Source: Acidimicrobiia bacterium (GTDB lineage Bacteria > Actinomycetota > Acidimicrobiia > Acidimicrobiales > JANYDT01). Taken from it: a stretch of DNA of 64,000 nt. Within the stretch, counting starts at the first letter, position 1; each line of letters begins with the position of its first letter. Made by a program: the position numbers and the translations under genes. The notes beneath the pieces are model-generated. The model searched no databases. It had not been told where the DNA came from and was given only the letters and a program-made list of their open reading frames with translations. The stretch is from positions 9,370 through 73,369 of the forward strand of contig JANOYY010000091.1 in the NCBI GenBank assembly GCA_031429095.1. Direction: 5' to 3'. Positions 52,611-61,733 of the stretch are shown here, piece after piece.

Positions 52611-52628
52611 ATTAACCGCGCGGTTAAT
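52611..52628. promoter_or_regulatory. 18-bp perfect palindrome ATTAACCGCGCGGTTAAT in the 47-nt divergent intergenic region
   Basis: Read directly. It lies 20 nt from the fadD-like GTG (52591) and 11 nt from the Rieske gene GTG (52639). Confidence 0.55.
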
Positions 52629-52638
52629 ACTTGTCGAT

Positions 52639-53991
52639 GTGACTATGACTGAGCCCGCTGCGAGTGCTGCACGATCACCTGGAATTTCCTATCAGGAACT
52701 CCTCGACACCGATACCCGGCCGGTTCCCGATGTACTGCGAATCGAGGCACCGCGATTCCTGGGTAGTGAAGACATTCCGATTGAGCGCTACATCTCTGGG
52801 GATTGGCACCGCAAAGAAGTCGAACAGCTGTGGTCACGGGTCTGGCAGTTTGCCTGCCGAGAAGAGCACCTTCCCAACCCAGGCGACACATACATCTATG
52901 ACATCGTTGACCAGTCATATCTGATCGTGCGACAGGCCGACGGCTCCCTGAAGTGCTTCCCCAATGCATGCTTGCATCGTGGACGTCGACTGAAGGACTA
53001 TCCAGCGCATGCCTCAGAGCTTCGCTGCGCATTCCACGGTTTTGCCTGGCGCATAGATGGCAGCCTGCAAGACATTCCCGCCCGCTGGGATTTTCCGCAT
53101 GTGAACGACGATGAGTTTGGCCTGCCGGAGTTGAAGGTGGACACCTGGGCCGGATTCGTCATGATCAACCCCGATCCGAATGCAGGCTCGCTGCGTGAGT
53201 TCCTTGGGGGGATCGTCGACGACTTCACGGTCTGGGACCTGGCCGACCGCTACGTCGAAGCGCACGTCGCAAAGATCGTTGCTGCGAACTGGAAGATCGC
53301 TCAGGAGGCCTTCTCCGAGGCATACCATGTAAGCGGCACGCACCCGCAGATCATGCCGTACCTCGGTGACACGAACTCCCAGGTGGACGTGTGGGATAGC
53401 TACGCACGGGTGATCACCCCGGGGGGAACGCCATCTCCGCAGTTGGACTGGACCCCCACCGAAGAAGAGATGCTGACGTCGATGCTCGACGTTCGGGTCG
53501 ATCAGGACCTTCCGATTCGGATCCCGGAAGGCGGTTCAATGCGTGCCCTGTCGGCAGACCTGAGTCGCAAGCGATGGAAGCCGATCGTCGGTGATTCGAT
53601 CGAGACCATGAGCGACGCTGAACTTATGGATTCCATCGACTACACGGTGTTTCCCAACTTTCATCCGTGGGGTGCCTACAACCGCATCGTCTATCGATTC
53701 CGTCCGAACGGCAATGACCATCGAACCGCGATTATGGAGTGTCTGTTCCTCTCGCCGTTCTCGGGGGAGCGGCCACCGCCCGCTGAGGTCCACTGGTTAC
53801 GAGACGACGAAACCTTCAGCGATGCCACGGAGCTCGGCATGCTCGGCAAGGTGTTCGACCAGGACCTGTTCAACATGCCGAACGTGCAACGCGGTTTGGA
53901 AACGACCCGCAAGCCGGGGGTCACGCTTGGCAACTACCAAGAGGCGAAAGTGCGGTGGCTGCATCAGATGCTGGGGGAGTGGGTGTCATGA
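52639..53991 (+). CDS. Rieske [2Fe-2S] non-heme-iron oxygenase, alpha subunit
   Basis: 450 aa. Rieske motif CLHRGRRL...CAFHGFAW and a mononuclear-iron region EAFSEAYHVSGTHPQ. Confidence 0.85.
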   Translation: MTMTEPAASAARSPGISYQELLDTDTRPVPDVLRIEAPRFLGSEDIPIERYISGDWHRKEVEQLWSRVWQFACREEHLPNPGDTYIYDIVDQSYLIVRQADGSLKCFPNACLHRGRRLKDYPAHASELRCAFHGFAWRIDGSLQDIPARWDFPHVNDDEFGLPELKVDTWAGFVMINPDPNAGSLREFLGGIVDDFTVWDLADRYVEAHVAKIVAANWKIAQEAFSEAYHVSGTHPQIMPYLGDTNSQVDVWDSYARVITPGGTPSPQLDWTPTEEEMLTSMLDVRVDQDLPIRIPEGGSMRALSADLSRKRWKPIVGDSIETMSDAELMDSIDYTVFPNFHPWGAYNRIVYRFRPNGNDHRTAIMECLFLSPFSGERPPPAEVHWLRDDETFSDATELGMLGKVFDQDLFNMPNVQRGLETTRKPGVTLGNYQEAKVRWLHQMLGEWVS

Positions 53992-54215
53992 GTTCGATTG
54001 GCTTCAAGGGAATCCGACACCCATTTACGGGCGCAATCTATGCCCAGGATGGCAATGGCAACATCCTTGTCACCGACGGAGAACGCCAGGGACTGTTTCG
54101 CCGGAATGGTTCTTGGATATCGGGGGAATTGTTGGAGTGCGACCCGCAGTTATGCGGCTGGGTCGGCGGTCCCCAAATCGGAAACCACCGCGTTACCGAG
54201 CAAAAGCAGCACTGA
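53988..54215 (+). CDS. Small hypothetical protein (75 aa) translationally coupled to the Rieske gene
   Basis: ATG 53988 overlaps the Rieske stop (ATGA). MSSIGFKGIRHPFTGAIYAQDGNGNILVTDGERQGLFRRNGSWISGELLECDPQLCGW... I recognise no family. Confidence 0.45.
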   Translation: MSSIGFKGIRHPFTGAIYAQDGNGNILVTDGERQGLFRRNGSWISGELLECDPQLCGWVGGPQIGNHRVTEQKQH

Positions 54216-54330
54216 GCACGGGCTCCCAATCGAGGCCGTCTCGTTCGATTGGCCGAGACGGGAAAAAGCGGCGAAGCTGTATTCAGATTGATCGCACGAT
54301 TAGATATCGCGCTGGAGGGCAGCCCACATC

Positions 54331-54759
54331 ATGGCCACACAGGTACCGGTAGAAGAAGGGGTCTTTACATGGCCGTCGGACGAGCCACGCCTCATTGGCA
54401 GCCGCTGTGTCGCCTGTGAGAACTACATGTTCCCGACGCAGTCGGGGTGCCCCCGTTGTGCCGGGTCCGAGACCGAGACGGTGGAACTCGATCGTCGAGG
54501 GACCTTGTGGACCTGGACGATCCAAGGTTTCCCGCCGAAGTCACCTCCGTACCGAGGAGAAGTTGACCCGAAGAAGTTCAAGGCCTTTGGCGTCGGGTAC
54601 ATCGAACTGGCGAACCAGGTAAAGGTCGAAGCACGACTTACCGAAGCCGATCCCGCGAAATTGAAGATCGGCATGCCAATGGAGCTATGCCTCGTTCCGC
54701 TCGCCGTGAACGAGAAAGGCGAAGAGGTAATGACCTTCGCGTTCCGTCCCGTCGACTGA
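54331..54759 (+). CDS. DUF35 Zn-ribbon / OB-fold protein
   Basis: 142 aa. Zn ribbon CVACENYMFPTQSGCPRC followed by an OB-fold-like region. Confidence 0.85.
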   Translation: MATQVPVEEGVFTWPSDEPRLIGSRCVACENYMFPTQSGCPRCAGSETETVELDRRGTLWTWTIQGFPPKSPPYRGEVDPKKFKAFGVGYIELANQVKVEARLTEADPAKLKIGMPMELCLVPLAVNEKGEEVMTFAFRPVD

Positions 54760-54876
54760 CTCGTTCGGCGATTTTCCCAGACTCATCACTTTGCGCCTCG
54801 CCGCACCCTACGCTTCTTGTACTCGCTCCAACCCCACAGCACGCCCCGCACCACGTCTTTCCCAGGAGAAAACAAC

Positions 54877-56025
54877 ATGTCAGACGAAGTCGCAATTGTC
54901 GGTATTGGTATGCACGAGTTCGGTCGCCACGACGGCGTCTCGGGCATGGACCAGGGCGTGGTGGCCGTGCGCCGCGCGCTCGGCGACGCGAAGGTACCGT
55001 GGGACAAAATCGAGTTTGCCTTTGGCGGCAGCCAGGCGGCCGGTGCGGCCGACACGATGGTGAGCCAGCTTGGTCTTACCGGTCTTCAGTTCATCAACGT
55101 TGCCAATGGTTGCGCCACCGGAGGTAGTGCACTGTTCAGCGCGTACTCAGCCATTCGCAGCGGCATGAGCGACATAGGCATCGCCATCGGCTTCGACAAG
55201 CATGAGCGCGGGGCGTTTCGTGTGAACACCAGATCCAGTGGCCTGGGGGATTGGTACGGAGAATCTGGTCTCGCGCTGACCACCCAGTTCTTCGGCATGA
55301 AGATCAATCGCTATATGGACACGTATGGAATTAGCCAATCAACTCTGGCCAAGGTTTCGGTCAAGGCGATGAAGAACGGTGCGATGAATCCAATGGCATG
55401 GCGTCGCAAGGAGATGAGCGAACAGCAGGTGCTCGATTCGGCAATGCTCAGCTACCCGCTGACCCAATACATGTTCTGTTCGCCGGGGGAAGGCGGCGTT
55501 GCGCTCATTCTCGCCCGAGCCGACAAGGCGCACCTGTACACCGACAAGCCGGTGTTCCTGAAGGCAGCCGTTGTCCGATCTCGTCGATTCGGAAGCTTTG
55601 AGGTGCTCGCTCCCTCTATCGCGTTGGAACACAACTCGGGGCCGACCGTGGACGCGTCGAAGGCTGCCTTCGAGATGGCGGGGATGAGTCCGAAAGACAT
55701 CGACCTTGCGCAGCTTCAAGACACGGAGTCCGGTGCCGAGGTCATGCACATGGCGGAAAACGGGTTCTGTGAGCATGGCGAGCAGGAGCGAATGATTCAG
55801 CACGGCGAGACCGAAATTGGCGGACGCCTTCCGGTGAACACCGATGGCGGATGCCTGGCCAACGGCGAACCTGTGGGGGCGTCTGGTCTTCGCCAGGTGT
55901 ATGAAAACGTGCTGCAGCTCCGCGGTGACGCTGGCCCTCGTCAGGTCCCGAACAACCCCAAGACCGCCTACACCCACGTCTACGGTGCCCCCGGGATCAG
56001 CGGCGTCACGATTCTGTCGCGCTGA
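54877..56025 (+). CDS. SCPx-type thiolase (nucleophile Cys present)
   Basis: Inside ORF 54817..56025. ATG 54877 is preceded by CAGGAGAA. NGCATGG at the nucleophile position and C-terminal NTDGGCLANGEPVGASG. Confidence 0.85.
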   Translation: MSDEVAIVGIGMHEFGRHDGVSGMDQGVVAVRRALGDAKVPWDKIEFAFGGSQAAGAADTMVSQLGLTGLQFINVANGCATGGSALFSAYSAIRSGMSDIGIAIGFDKHERGAFRVNTRSSGLGDWYGESGLALTTQFFGMKINRYMDTYGISQSTLAKVSVKAMKNGAMNPMAWRRKEMSEQQVLDSAMLSYPLTQYMFCSPGEGGVALILARADKAHLYTDKPVFLKAAVVRSRRFGSFEVLAPSIALEHNSGPTVDASKAAFEMAGMSPKDIDLAQLQDTESGAEVMHMAENGFCEHGEQERMIQHGETEIGGRLPVNTDGGCLANGEPVGASGLRQVYENVLQLRGDAGPRQVPNNPKTAYTHVYGAPGISGVTILSR

Positions 56026-56043
56026 CGGTCCCACGGTCCCGTC

Positions 56044-56514
56044 ATGATCATTGATTATCAGCGCGCGTACCATCAAGGAGTTCGCGTTGCTGATATTGAC
56101 GTGGCCATGGAGGAATTGGGAACAACGTTGGGTGTCGAATGGTGTGACGTTCAGGAGCGGGAACAACGCGTTTGGCTGCCAGGCGTCGGGGCGACAAGCT
56201 TGGCGCTCAAGTTCACGTATTCACGGGGCGGTCCTCAGCACATCGAGCTTCTTCAGGGACCGAAAGGCACGATTTGGGATGGCTCGGTGAATCCCGGACT
56301 TCATCACATCGGAGTGTGGTCCGATGATGTCGCAGCCGATACGACGGCGATGCTCGCAGCACGATGGTCGCTACAGTTGGCTCAAGTATCGCCGGAGGAC
56401 GGCTACGGCGCGTATACCTACGTTCAGCCGCCATCAGGGCTGTTGGTCGAACTTGTGTGGTCAGCTATTCGTCCCCGCTTCGAGCGATGGTGGGCTGGCG
56501 GATCACTCGCCTAG
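56044..56514 (+). CDS. VOC-family (glyoxalase / extradiol-dioxygenase fold) protein
   Basis: 156 aa. HQGVRVADID...HIELLQ...HHIGVW...VELV metal-ligand-like pattern. Confidence 0.65.
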   Translation: MIIDYQRAYHQGVRVADIDVAMEELGTTLGVEWCDVQEREQRVWLPGVGATSLALKFTYSRGGPQHIELLQGPKGTIWDGSVNPGLHHIGVWSDDVAADTTAMLAARWSLQLAQVSPEDGYGAYTYVQPPSGLLVELVWSAIRPRFERWWAGGSLA

Positions 56515-56570
56515 TGCGCAGAGGTGACATCGTTACCCTACGAGTTTCGTTTGTTCTTTGAGGAGCTGTC

Positions 56571-58118
56571 ATGCCTGCTTTTGCCCGAGCGCTGTCCGAA
56601 GCCGATTCGTCGGCCGTTGCGCTTCGCGATCCACTTCATGCCTACACGTGGGGTGAGGTCGACCAAACGCTGAACCGCGTGGCCAATCATCTGCTCACCT
56701 ATGACCTAGGCGCGAAGCGCCGCATAGCGGTCTTCGCAGAGAACGCCGGCGAGACTGCGCTTGCTCACCTGGGCGGGCTCTTGGGGAGTTGCTCGACCGT
56801 GCCCGTCAACTTTCATCTCACGGCAGCCGAGACGGCCTATATCGTTGCCGACTCAGAGTCGCGGGTGTTGTTCTGCGGTCCGGAGACGTTGGACCGTGCC
56901 GTTGCCGCTGCGTCGCAGGTGAAAATAGAGACCGGCATCGCCGTCGAGGTGATCGCGTGGCGCTGCGCAGAATCAGACGCTGTCACCGAGTGGACAGCGT
57001 GGCTGACCGGCGGGTCGCCCGAGGACCCGCCGACCGACGTAACACCACGGCCGAACTTGCTCTACACCTCGGGTACCACTGGCCTTCCCAAGGGGACGGA
57101 GTTACCGCCGACAATGTTTGCCGGTGGGGACACCATGGCCGAGCATCTTGAGGGCCTGAAGAAGAACCGCTTCGCGGACTACGGCACCCACCTTGTGGTC
57201 GGACCGATGTACCACACGGGACCGTTGAGCGGCATGCGTCTCCTTGTCGCCGGAACGCCGAGCGTGATCACTGCGAAATTTGATCCGGAGAATACGCTGC
57301 GGGTTATTCATGAATACAAGACGGAATCATCAGTGATGGTCCCGACTCACTTTGTCCGAATGCTCGCGCTGCCCGATGAGGTCAAAGTCCGCTACGACGT
57401 TTCGTCGATGAAACTGATTGCGCACACGGGCGCAAAGTGCCCGATCGACGTGAAGCGACAGATGATCGAATGGTTCGGGCCGGTGTTCTCGGACAACTAC
57501 GGAGCGAGCGAGGTAGGCACGACGTGTTCAATCAACAGCGAAGAGTGGCTGGCGCATCCCGGCTCTGTAGGGCGCTGCTTGGCACCGTTTAGTCCTTTGG
57601 TCGTCGACGACGATAACAACGAATTGCCTCCGAATACCGAAGGCCGATTGTTCTTCAGGGACTCGACGGGCCGCGGCATCGTTTATCCCAACGACCCGGT
57701 GAAGAGTGCAGCCGCCCATATTTCGCCAGGTGTGTTCACGCTGGGAGAGATGGGCTACGTCGACGGCGAAGGCTACGTCTACATCACCGATCGGTTCAGC
57801 GACATGGTGGTGAGCGGCGGCGTGAACCTCTACCCGGCAGAATCAGAACAGGTGCTCATTCATCACCCTGCTGTGCTCGACGTCGCATGTATCGGGGTGC
57901 CACACGCCGAGATGGGGGAGGAGCTCAAAGCGCTCGTGATCCTGAAGGACCCGTCGGTCGAACCGGACCCGGCAGAGATCATCGGCTTCTGCCGGGAACG
58001 TCTGTCCACATATAAATGCCCGAGAAGTGTCGAGTTTGTAAACGATCTCGGGCGAAACACAATGGGCAAGATCAACAAGCGCACACTACGGGCCCCCTAT
58101 TGGGAGGGTCACTCGTAG
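56571..58118 (+). CDS. AMP-dependent acyl-CoA synthetase
   Basis: 515 aa. Motif YTSGTTGLPKGT, later YGASEVG and GEMGYVDGEGYVYITDR. Confidence 0.85.
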   Translation: MPAFARALSEADSSAVALRDPLHAYTWGEVDQTLNRVANHLLTYDLGAKRRIAVFAENAGETALAHLGGLLGSCSTVPVNFHLTAAETAYIVADSESRVLFCGPETLDRAVAAASQVKIETGIAVEVIAWRCAESDAVTEWTAWLTGGSPEDPPTDVTPRPNLLYTSGTTGLPKGTELPPTMFAGGDTMAEHLEGLKKNRFADYGTHLVVGPMYHTGPLSGMRLLVAGTPSVITAKFDPENTLRVIHEYKTESSVMVPTHFVRMLALPDEVKVRYDVSSMKLIAHTGAKCPIDVKRQMIEWFGPVFSDNYGASEVGTTCSINSEEWLAHPGSVGRCLAPFSPLVVDDDNNELPPNTEGRLFFRDSTGRGIVYPNDPVKSAAAHISPGVFTLGEMGYVDGEGYVYITDRFSDMVVSGGVNLYPAESEQVLIHHPAVLDVACIGVPHAEMGEELKALVILKDPSVEPDPAEIIGFCRERLSTYKCPRSVEFVNDLGRNTMGKINKRTLRAPYWEGHS

Positions 58119-59002
58119 TGGAGTTCATCGCCAACTTCATGTCGACAGAACTCGACCCGCGCGCCTGGGCGCGTTCCCGAGAAACTGAAGGGTGGCACGT
58201 CCTCGGGTGTGCGGATCATTTCTGGTCCGGTGATCGTGCGTTCCCGCACGTGTGGGTCACGCTTGGGGCGATGGCCGGTGCAACGTCGAAGGTACTTCTC
58301 ACGACATCGTTCGCAAACAACCTCTTTCGTTCACCGGTTGAGTTCGCATTTGCGTCGTTGCAGATGCAGTCGATTTCCGACGGCCGATTTGAGGCCGGCC
58401 TCGGTGCCGGGTGGTCCAAGGACGAGGCGATCGGGGCTTCGCTGGAGTATCCCGCAGCACCGGAGCGAGCGGGTCGATTCATCGAGTCCGTCCGAATCGT
58501 CCGCGAACTGTTCGGGTTGGGAACGTGCTCGTTCCACGGACGTTATTACGACGTTGAATGCCCGTCGATAGGTCCGAAACCCCAGGCCGGTCCGCCACCA
58601 CTGGTTGCTTCACTCGGCGGGCACCGTACGATTCGCGAGATTGCTCCGCTTGTAGACCGTGTTGAGCTCAAGTTGATAAGCGCGGCTACGAAAGACGGAT
58701 CTCTCGATCCGGTGAAAATGGCATCGATTCCGTATTCGCACATCACGGATCTGATCGCGAAGACTCGTGCGGCGAACGACACGGTGCCACTCGGCGTCTT
58801 CGTACTTTGCTCGGTTGGTGCCGACGAACGCACGCGAATGTTCGAGAAGGTTCTCGCTGGCTCGTTGATGGGCGGGTTTTTCGGATCAGCCGATAAGGTG
58901 GCCGACTCGATCGGCCGCCTTGAGGCGCTCGGCGTCTCGCGTGTCCAAGTGAGTCCGTTCAACGAAGACACCTTCGGCGCGCTCGCCCGACAACTTTTCT
59001 AG
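58118..59002 (+). CDS. LLM-class (luciferase-like) flavin/F420-dependent oxidoreductase
   Basis: Inside ORF 58016..59002. GTG 58118 overlaps the upstream TAG by 1 nt. ...RFEAGLGAGWSKDE... and the C-terminal GSADKVADSIGRLEALGVSRVQV. ATG 58139 is an alternative start. Confidence 0.75.
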   Translation: MEFIANFMSTELDPRAWARSRETEGWHVLGCADHFWSGDRAFPHVWVTLGAMAGATSKVLLTTSFANNLFRSPVEFAFASLQMQSISDGRFEAGLGAGWSKDEAIGASLEYPAAPERAGRFIESVRIVRELFGLGTCSFHGRYYDVECPSIGPKPQAGPPPLVASLGGHRTIREIAPLVDRVELKLISAATKDGSLDPVKMASIPYSHITDLIAKTRAANDTVPLGVFVLCSVGADERTRMFEKVLAGSLMGGFFGSADKVADSIGRLEALGVSRVQVSPFNEDTFGALARQLF

Positions 59003-59020
59003 TGGTGCACGCACTTTGAC

Positions 59021-59060
59021 ACGCTCGCCGCACGCTCGCCGCACGCCGGCCGGGGCGAGC
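59021..59060. terminator. 11-bp tandem duplication (ACGCTCGCCGC x2 plus a partial copy) forming a GC-rich hairpin between convergent genes
   Basis: 59021-59031 equals 59032-59042. GCTCGCC (59034-59040, or the first copy at 59023-59029) pairs with GGCGAGC (59054-59060). It fills most of the 62-nt gap between the two stop codons. Confidence 0.45.
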
Positions 59061-59064
59061 ACCG

Positions 59065-60252
59065 TCAGATCGAGGCGCTGTCACGTAGGGCGGCGATCTG
59101 GTCCCAGTCGTAGCCGAGCTCAAGCAAGATTTCCTCGGTATGTTCCCCGAGTTCGGGTGCAACGATCGCAACTTCGATAGGCGTGTCGCTCATACGAATC
59201 GGTGTGCCTACCAACGTCATAGGCCCGTAGGTCGGGTGATCCGCCTTCAGCAAATAGCCGTTTTCGTATGTCTGGGGATCCGCAACAATCTCGGGGTACC
59301 CGCGCACCGGCGCAAACCGCGTGCATGGTCGGAGGATCTCGCACCATTCTTGGGTGGTCTTTGTGACGAAGATGGTTTCGAGGATATCGAGCAGCGCCTG
59401 TTTCGCTTCGGGCGATAGCCACGGAATAGCAAAGCGTGGATCAAGGTCCCAGAGGTCGGGCTTGCCAATCGCCTGCGCAAACGTTGCACGGTGCTGTGGA
59501 GGCACGCCAACGAGCGCGATGTGGCCGTCGGAAGTCTTCAGAATGCCATAGGCACCGTTGATGAGGGGATGGCTTCTGTTGGCTCGGCCGGGCACTTCAC
59601 CAGAAAGGTTGAAGCTGGTTATCTCCGAGGCCTGAGCCCAGATGGCACCGCCCAGCAGCGACACGTCGACCCGCTGTCCTCTTCCGGTCCGACTGCGTGC
59701 AATAAGTGCACCTAGGATTCCGGCGGCAAGATGTTGCGACGCCATGTGGTCAGCAATGGTCACGCCGACGGGAGTTGGCTCTCCACCGTCGCGTCCTGTC
59801 GTGGCGATAAGTCCCCCGGCCGCTTGACCGGCCATGTCGGCGCCTTCGAGCAGCGCATCAGGCCCGATCGGTCCGAACGCCGAACCGGTCGCATAGACGA
59901 GGCGCGGATTGCGTTTGGCAAGTGTGTCGTAGCCAACGCCCCACTCGTCAAGGGTGCCCGGCTTGAAGTTCGATATCAGCACATCAGCAGAATCCACCAG
60001 ACGACAGAACACCTCGACCCCTTCAGGCTTGTGGAGGTCGATGGTGATGCTGCGCTTGCCACGGTTGAGGGCAAGGAAGTAACCGCTGCGTGGGTCCGAT
60101 GGCGCTGACGGGATCCAGCGCGCCTGGTCGCCGAACCCGGGGAGTTCGACCTTGAACACGGTCGCACCCATGTCGCAGAAGAGGCCGGCGGCTTGCGGAC
60201 CTTGTACAAGAAGACCGATCTCAACAACACGAATTCCATCGAGTGCACCCAT
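59065..60252 (-). CDS. Family III CoA-transferase (CaiB/BaiF-like)
   Basis: C-terminal 395 aa of ORF 59065..60924, starting MGALDGIRVVEIGLLVQGPQAAGLFCDMGATVFKVE (a family signature). The upstream 224 aa are Arg-rich and overlap the MFS gene region. Confidence 0.85.
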   Translation of the reverse strand: MGALDGIRVVEIGLLVQGPQAAGLFCDMGATVFKVELPGFGDQARWIPSAPSDPRSGYFLALNRGKRSITIDLHKPEGVEVFCRLVDSADVLISNFKPGTLDEWGVGYDTLAKRNPRLVYATGSAFGPIGPDALLEGADMAGQAAGGLIATTGRDGGEPTPVGVTIADHMASQHLAAGILGALIARSRTGRGQRVDVSLLGGAIWAQASEITSFNLSGEVPGRANRSHPLINGAYGILKTSDGHIALVGVPPQHRATFAQAIGKPDLWDLDPRFAIPWLSPEAKQALLDILETIFVTKTTQEWCEILRPCTRFAPVRGYPEIVADPQTYENGYLLKADHPTYGPMTLVGTPIRMSDTPIEVAIVAPELGEHTEEILLELGYDWDQIAALRDSASI

Positions 60253-60428
60253 ACCTAGATCGTACGCAGTCTGCTGGGAAGGGAGGAATTCGAGACTTCC
60301 GGGTACGATCAGCAACGCCCCTGAAGGTCGATGATTGAAACGTCGCCACCGTCGACGATGCCCCATCGGTGCCGAGCTGGCCGGGAGCGAGCGAGTTCGT
60401 CGCGTCGCCACGCCGAGTTCGCTGGTAG

Positions 60429-61733
60429 TCACCGTGGTGTCCGGCGACGGCGGCGGCTCAAACCGACGATCGTTGCGGGAAGGAAGAACGCACGGGCAGG
60501 CAGCGACGCCTCGTTCCATGGAGTTTTCGTGAGGGGAGCTCGCCAGGCACGCATGCGATAAAGGAAGAATGCGGCAATGGCACAGTGGAGCCCCACGAGC
60601 GCCCAGTAGAAGCCGAACTCGCCGAAGGTGTCCATCGCACCTGCCGCGACGAGTGGTCCGAGAACCGCACCGATTCCGTAGAGGGTCACGAGTTGCGACG
60701 CCGCCGCGTTCACATGTTCTGGCTCGATCCAATCGTTTGTATACGCACCAGCGATCGAATACAGGGGATAGCTGCAGGCGCCGACGCACCCAATGAGAAA
60801 TATCGCCATAGTTGACGTCGCCGGTCCAAGCAGCAAAAGGGCAGAGGCAACCGCTGCTCCGATTGCGGCCATCGCCCCGACGGCTCGCCGATCGACGTCG
60901 TCGGAGGCGGCCGAGATCGGCCACTGCAGGAACACGCCGCCGATGCTGGGCGCGGCAAGGAACAAGCCGATTTGCCCTCGGGGCAGGCCGACGCGAGTTG
61001 CGAACACCGCAGCCATGCCCGACAGTGCTCCGTGGGCGACCCCGACCAGAAAGCAGCTTCCCACGCCCGTCGGGACGATCCTGGCGAGTTCTCGCAGCGA
61101 CACATGGGTCCGGTCGGCCGGGGAGGGAACCACGGCATGCTCGGAAAGCGCCACTGGCGCAATCGCCAGTGAAGTGACGACACTGGCGATCGCAAACCCG
61201 GTGATGAGTCGGGCGTCAAGTGCAAAGAGAACAACCTGGCCGGTGCCAAATGCGGCGATCACAACCACGTTGTAAATAGCAAGGATTCGGCCACGGGTGC
61301 TGTTGTCGGCGAGATCGTTGAGCCACGACTCCGCCACGACATATTGTCCGGCCAGGCACAGTCCCGTGATGAACCGCAGCGCTCCCCAGGCTGCCGCCGA
61401 TTCGGTCATCCCGACGGCCAACATGGCTACAGCGAGCCATGATGCTAGCGCTGCATACGCACGGATGTGGCCGACTTTAGTAAGTGCACGTAGGGAAAAT
61501 CTCGAACCTACCAAGAACCCGAGGTAGTACGCAGCGCTGATGACGCTACTGACGATCGTCGGAAGTCCGGCGAGTTCTGACCGGACGCCGAGCAACGCGC
61601 CGAACAACCCGGCGGAAAAAAGCAGTAACGCCAAACCTACAAACAATCCCCATGTAGCGAGCGCGAAGTCCCTTCCCGCCGGAGGACCGTCGTCGAGAAG
61701 TTCGGGGTGCTTCCCAGAACTCTGTTCGATCAC
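60429..61733 (-). CDS. MFS transporter
   Basis: Inside ORF 60429..61910. GTG 61733 overlaps the upstream TAG by 1 nt (TAGTG). About 12 hydrophobic segments. Confidence 0.7.
   Translation of the reverse strand: MIEQSSGKHPELLDDGPPAGRDFALATWGLFVGLALLLFSAGLFGALLGVRSELAGLPTIVSSVISAAYYLGFLVGSRFSLRALTKVGHIRAYAALASWLAVAMLAVGMTESAAAWGALRFITGLCLAGQYVVAESWLNDLADNSTRGRILAIYNVVVIAAFGTGQVVLFALDARLITGFAIASVVTSLAIAPVALSEHAVVPSPADRTHVSLRELARIVPTGVGSCFLVGVAHGALSGMAAVFATRVGLPRGQIGLFLAAPSIGGVFLQWPISAASDDVDRRAVGAMAAIGAAVASALLLLGPATSTMAIFLIGCVGACSYPLYSIAGAYTNDWIEPEHVNAAASQLVTLYGIGAVLGPLVAAGAMDTFGEFGFYWALVGLHCAIAAFFLYRMRAWRAPLTKTPWNEASLPARAFFLPATIVGLSRRRRRTPR

Noticed and set aside
52611-52628. KstR/KstR2 (steroid regulon) operator identity for the 18-bp palindrome
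   Set aside because: KstR boxes have AAC and GTT separated by 2 nt (TnnAACnnGTTnnA); here the separation is 6 nt. The KstR2 motif (AnCAAGnnCTTGnT) does not match either. I kept it as an unassigned operator candidate.
55339-56166. 275-aa ORF on the minus strand, plus similar long antisense ORFs at 18243..19091, 9856..10749 and 22014..22823
   Set aside because: All lie opposite genes with clear family motifs (thiolase, M20 peptidase, PLP enzyme/amidohydrolase, DUF35/thiolase). All have junk-like Arg-rich composition.
60253-60924. N-terminal 224-aa extension of the 619-aa ORF containing the CoA-transferase
   Set aside because: The family signature starts at MGALDGIRVVEIG (ATG 60252). The extension is Arg-rich and overlaps the 3' part of the MFS gene in another frame.
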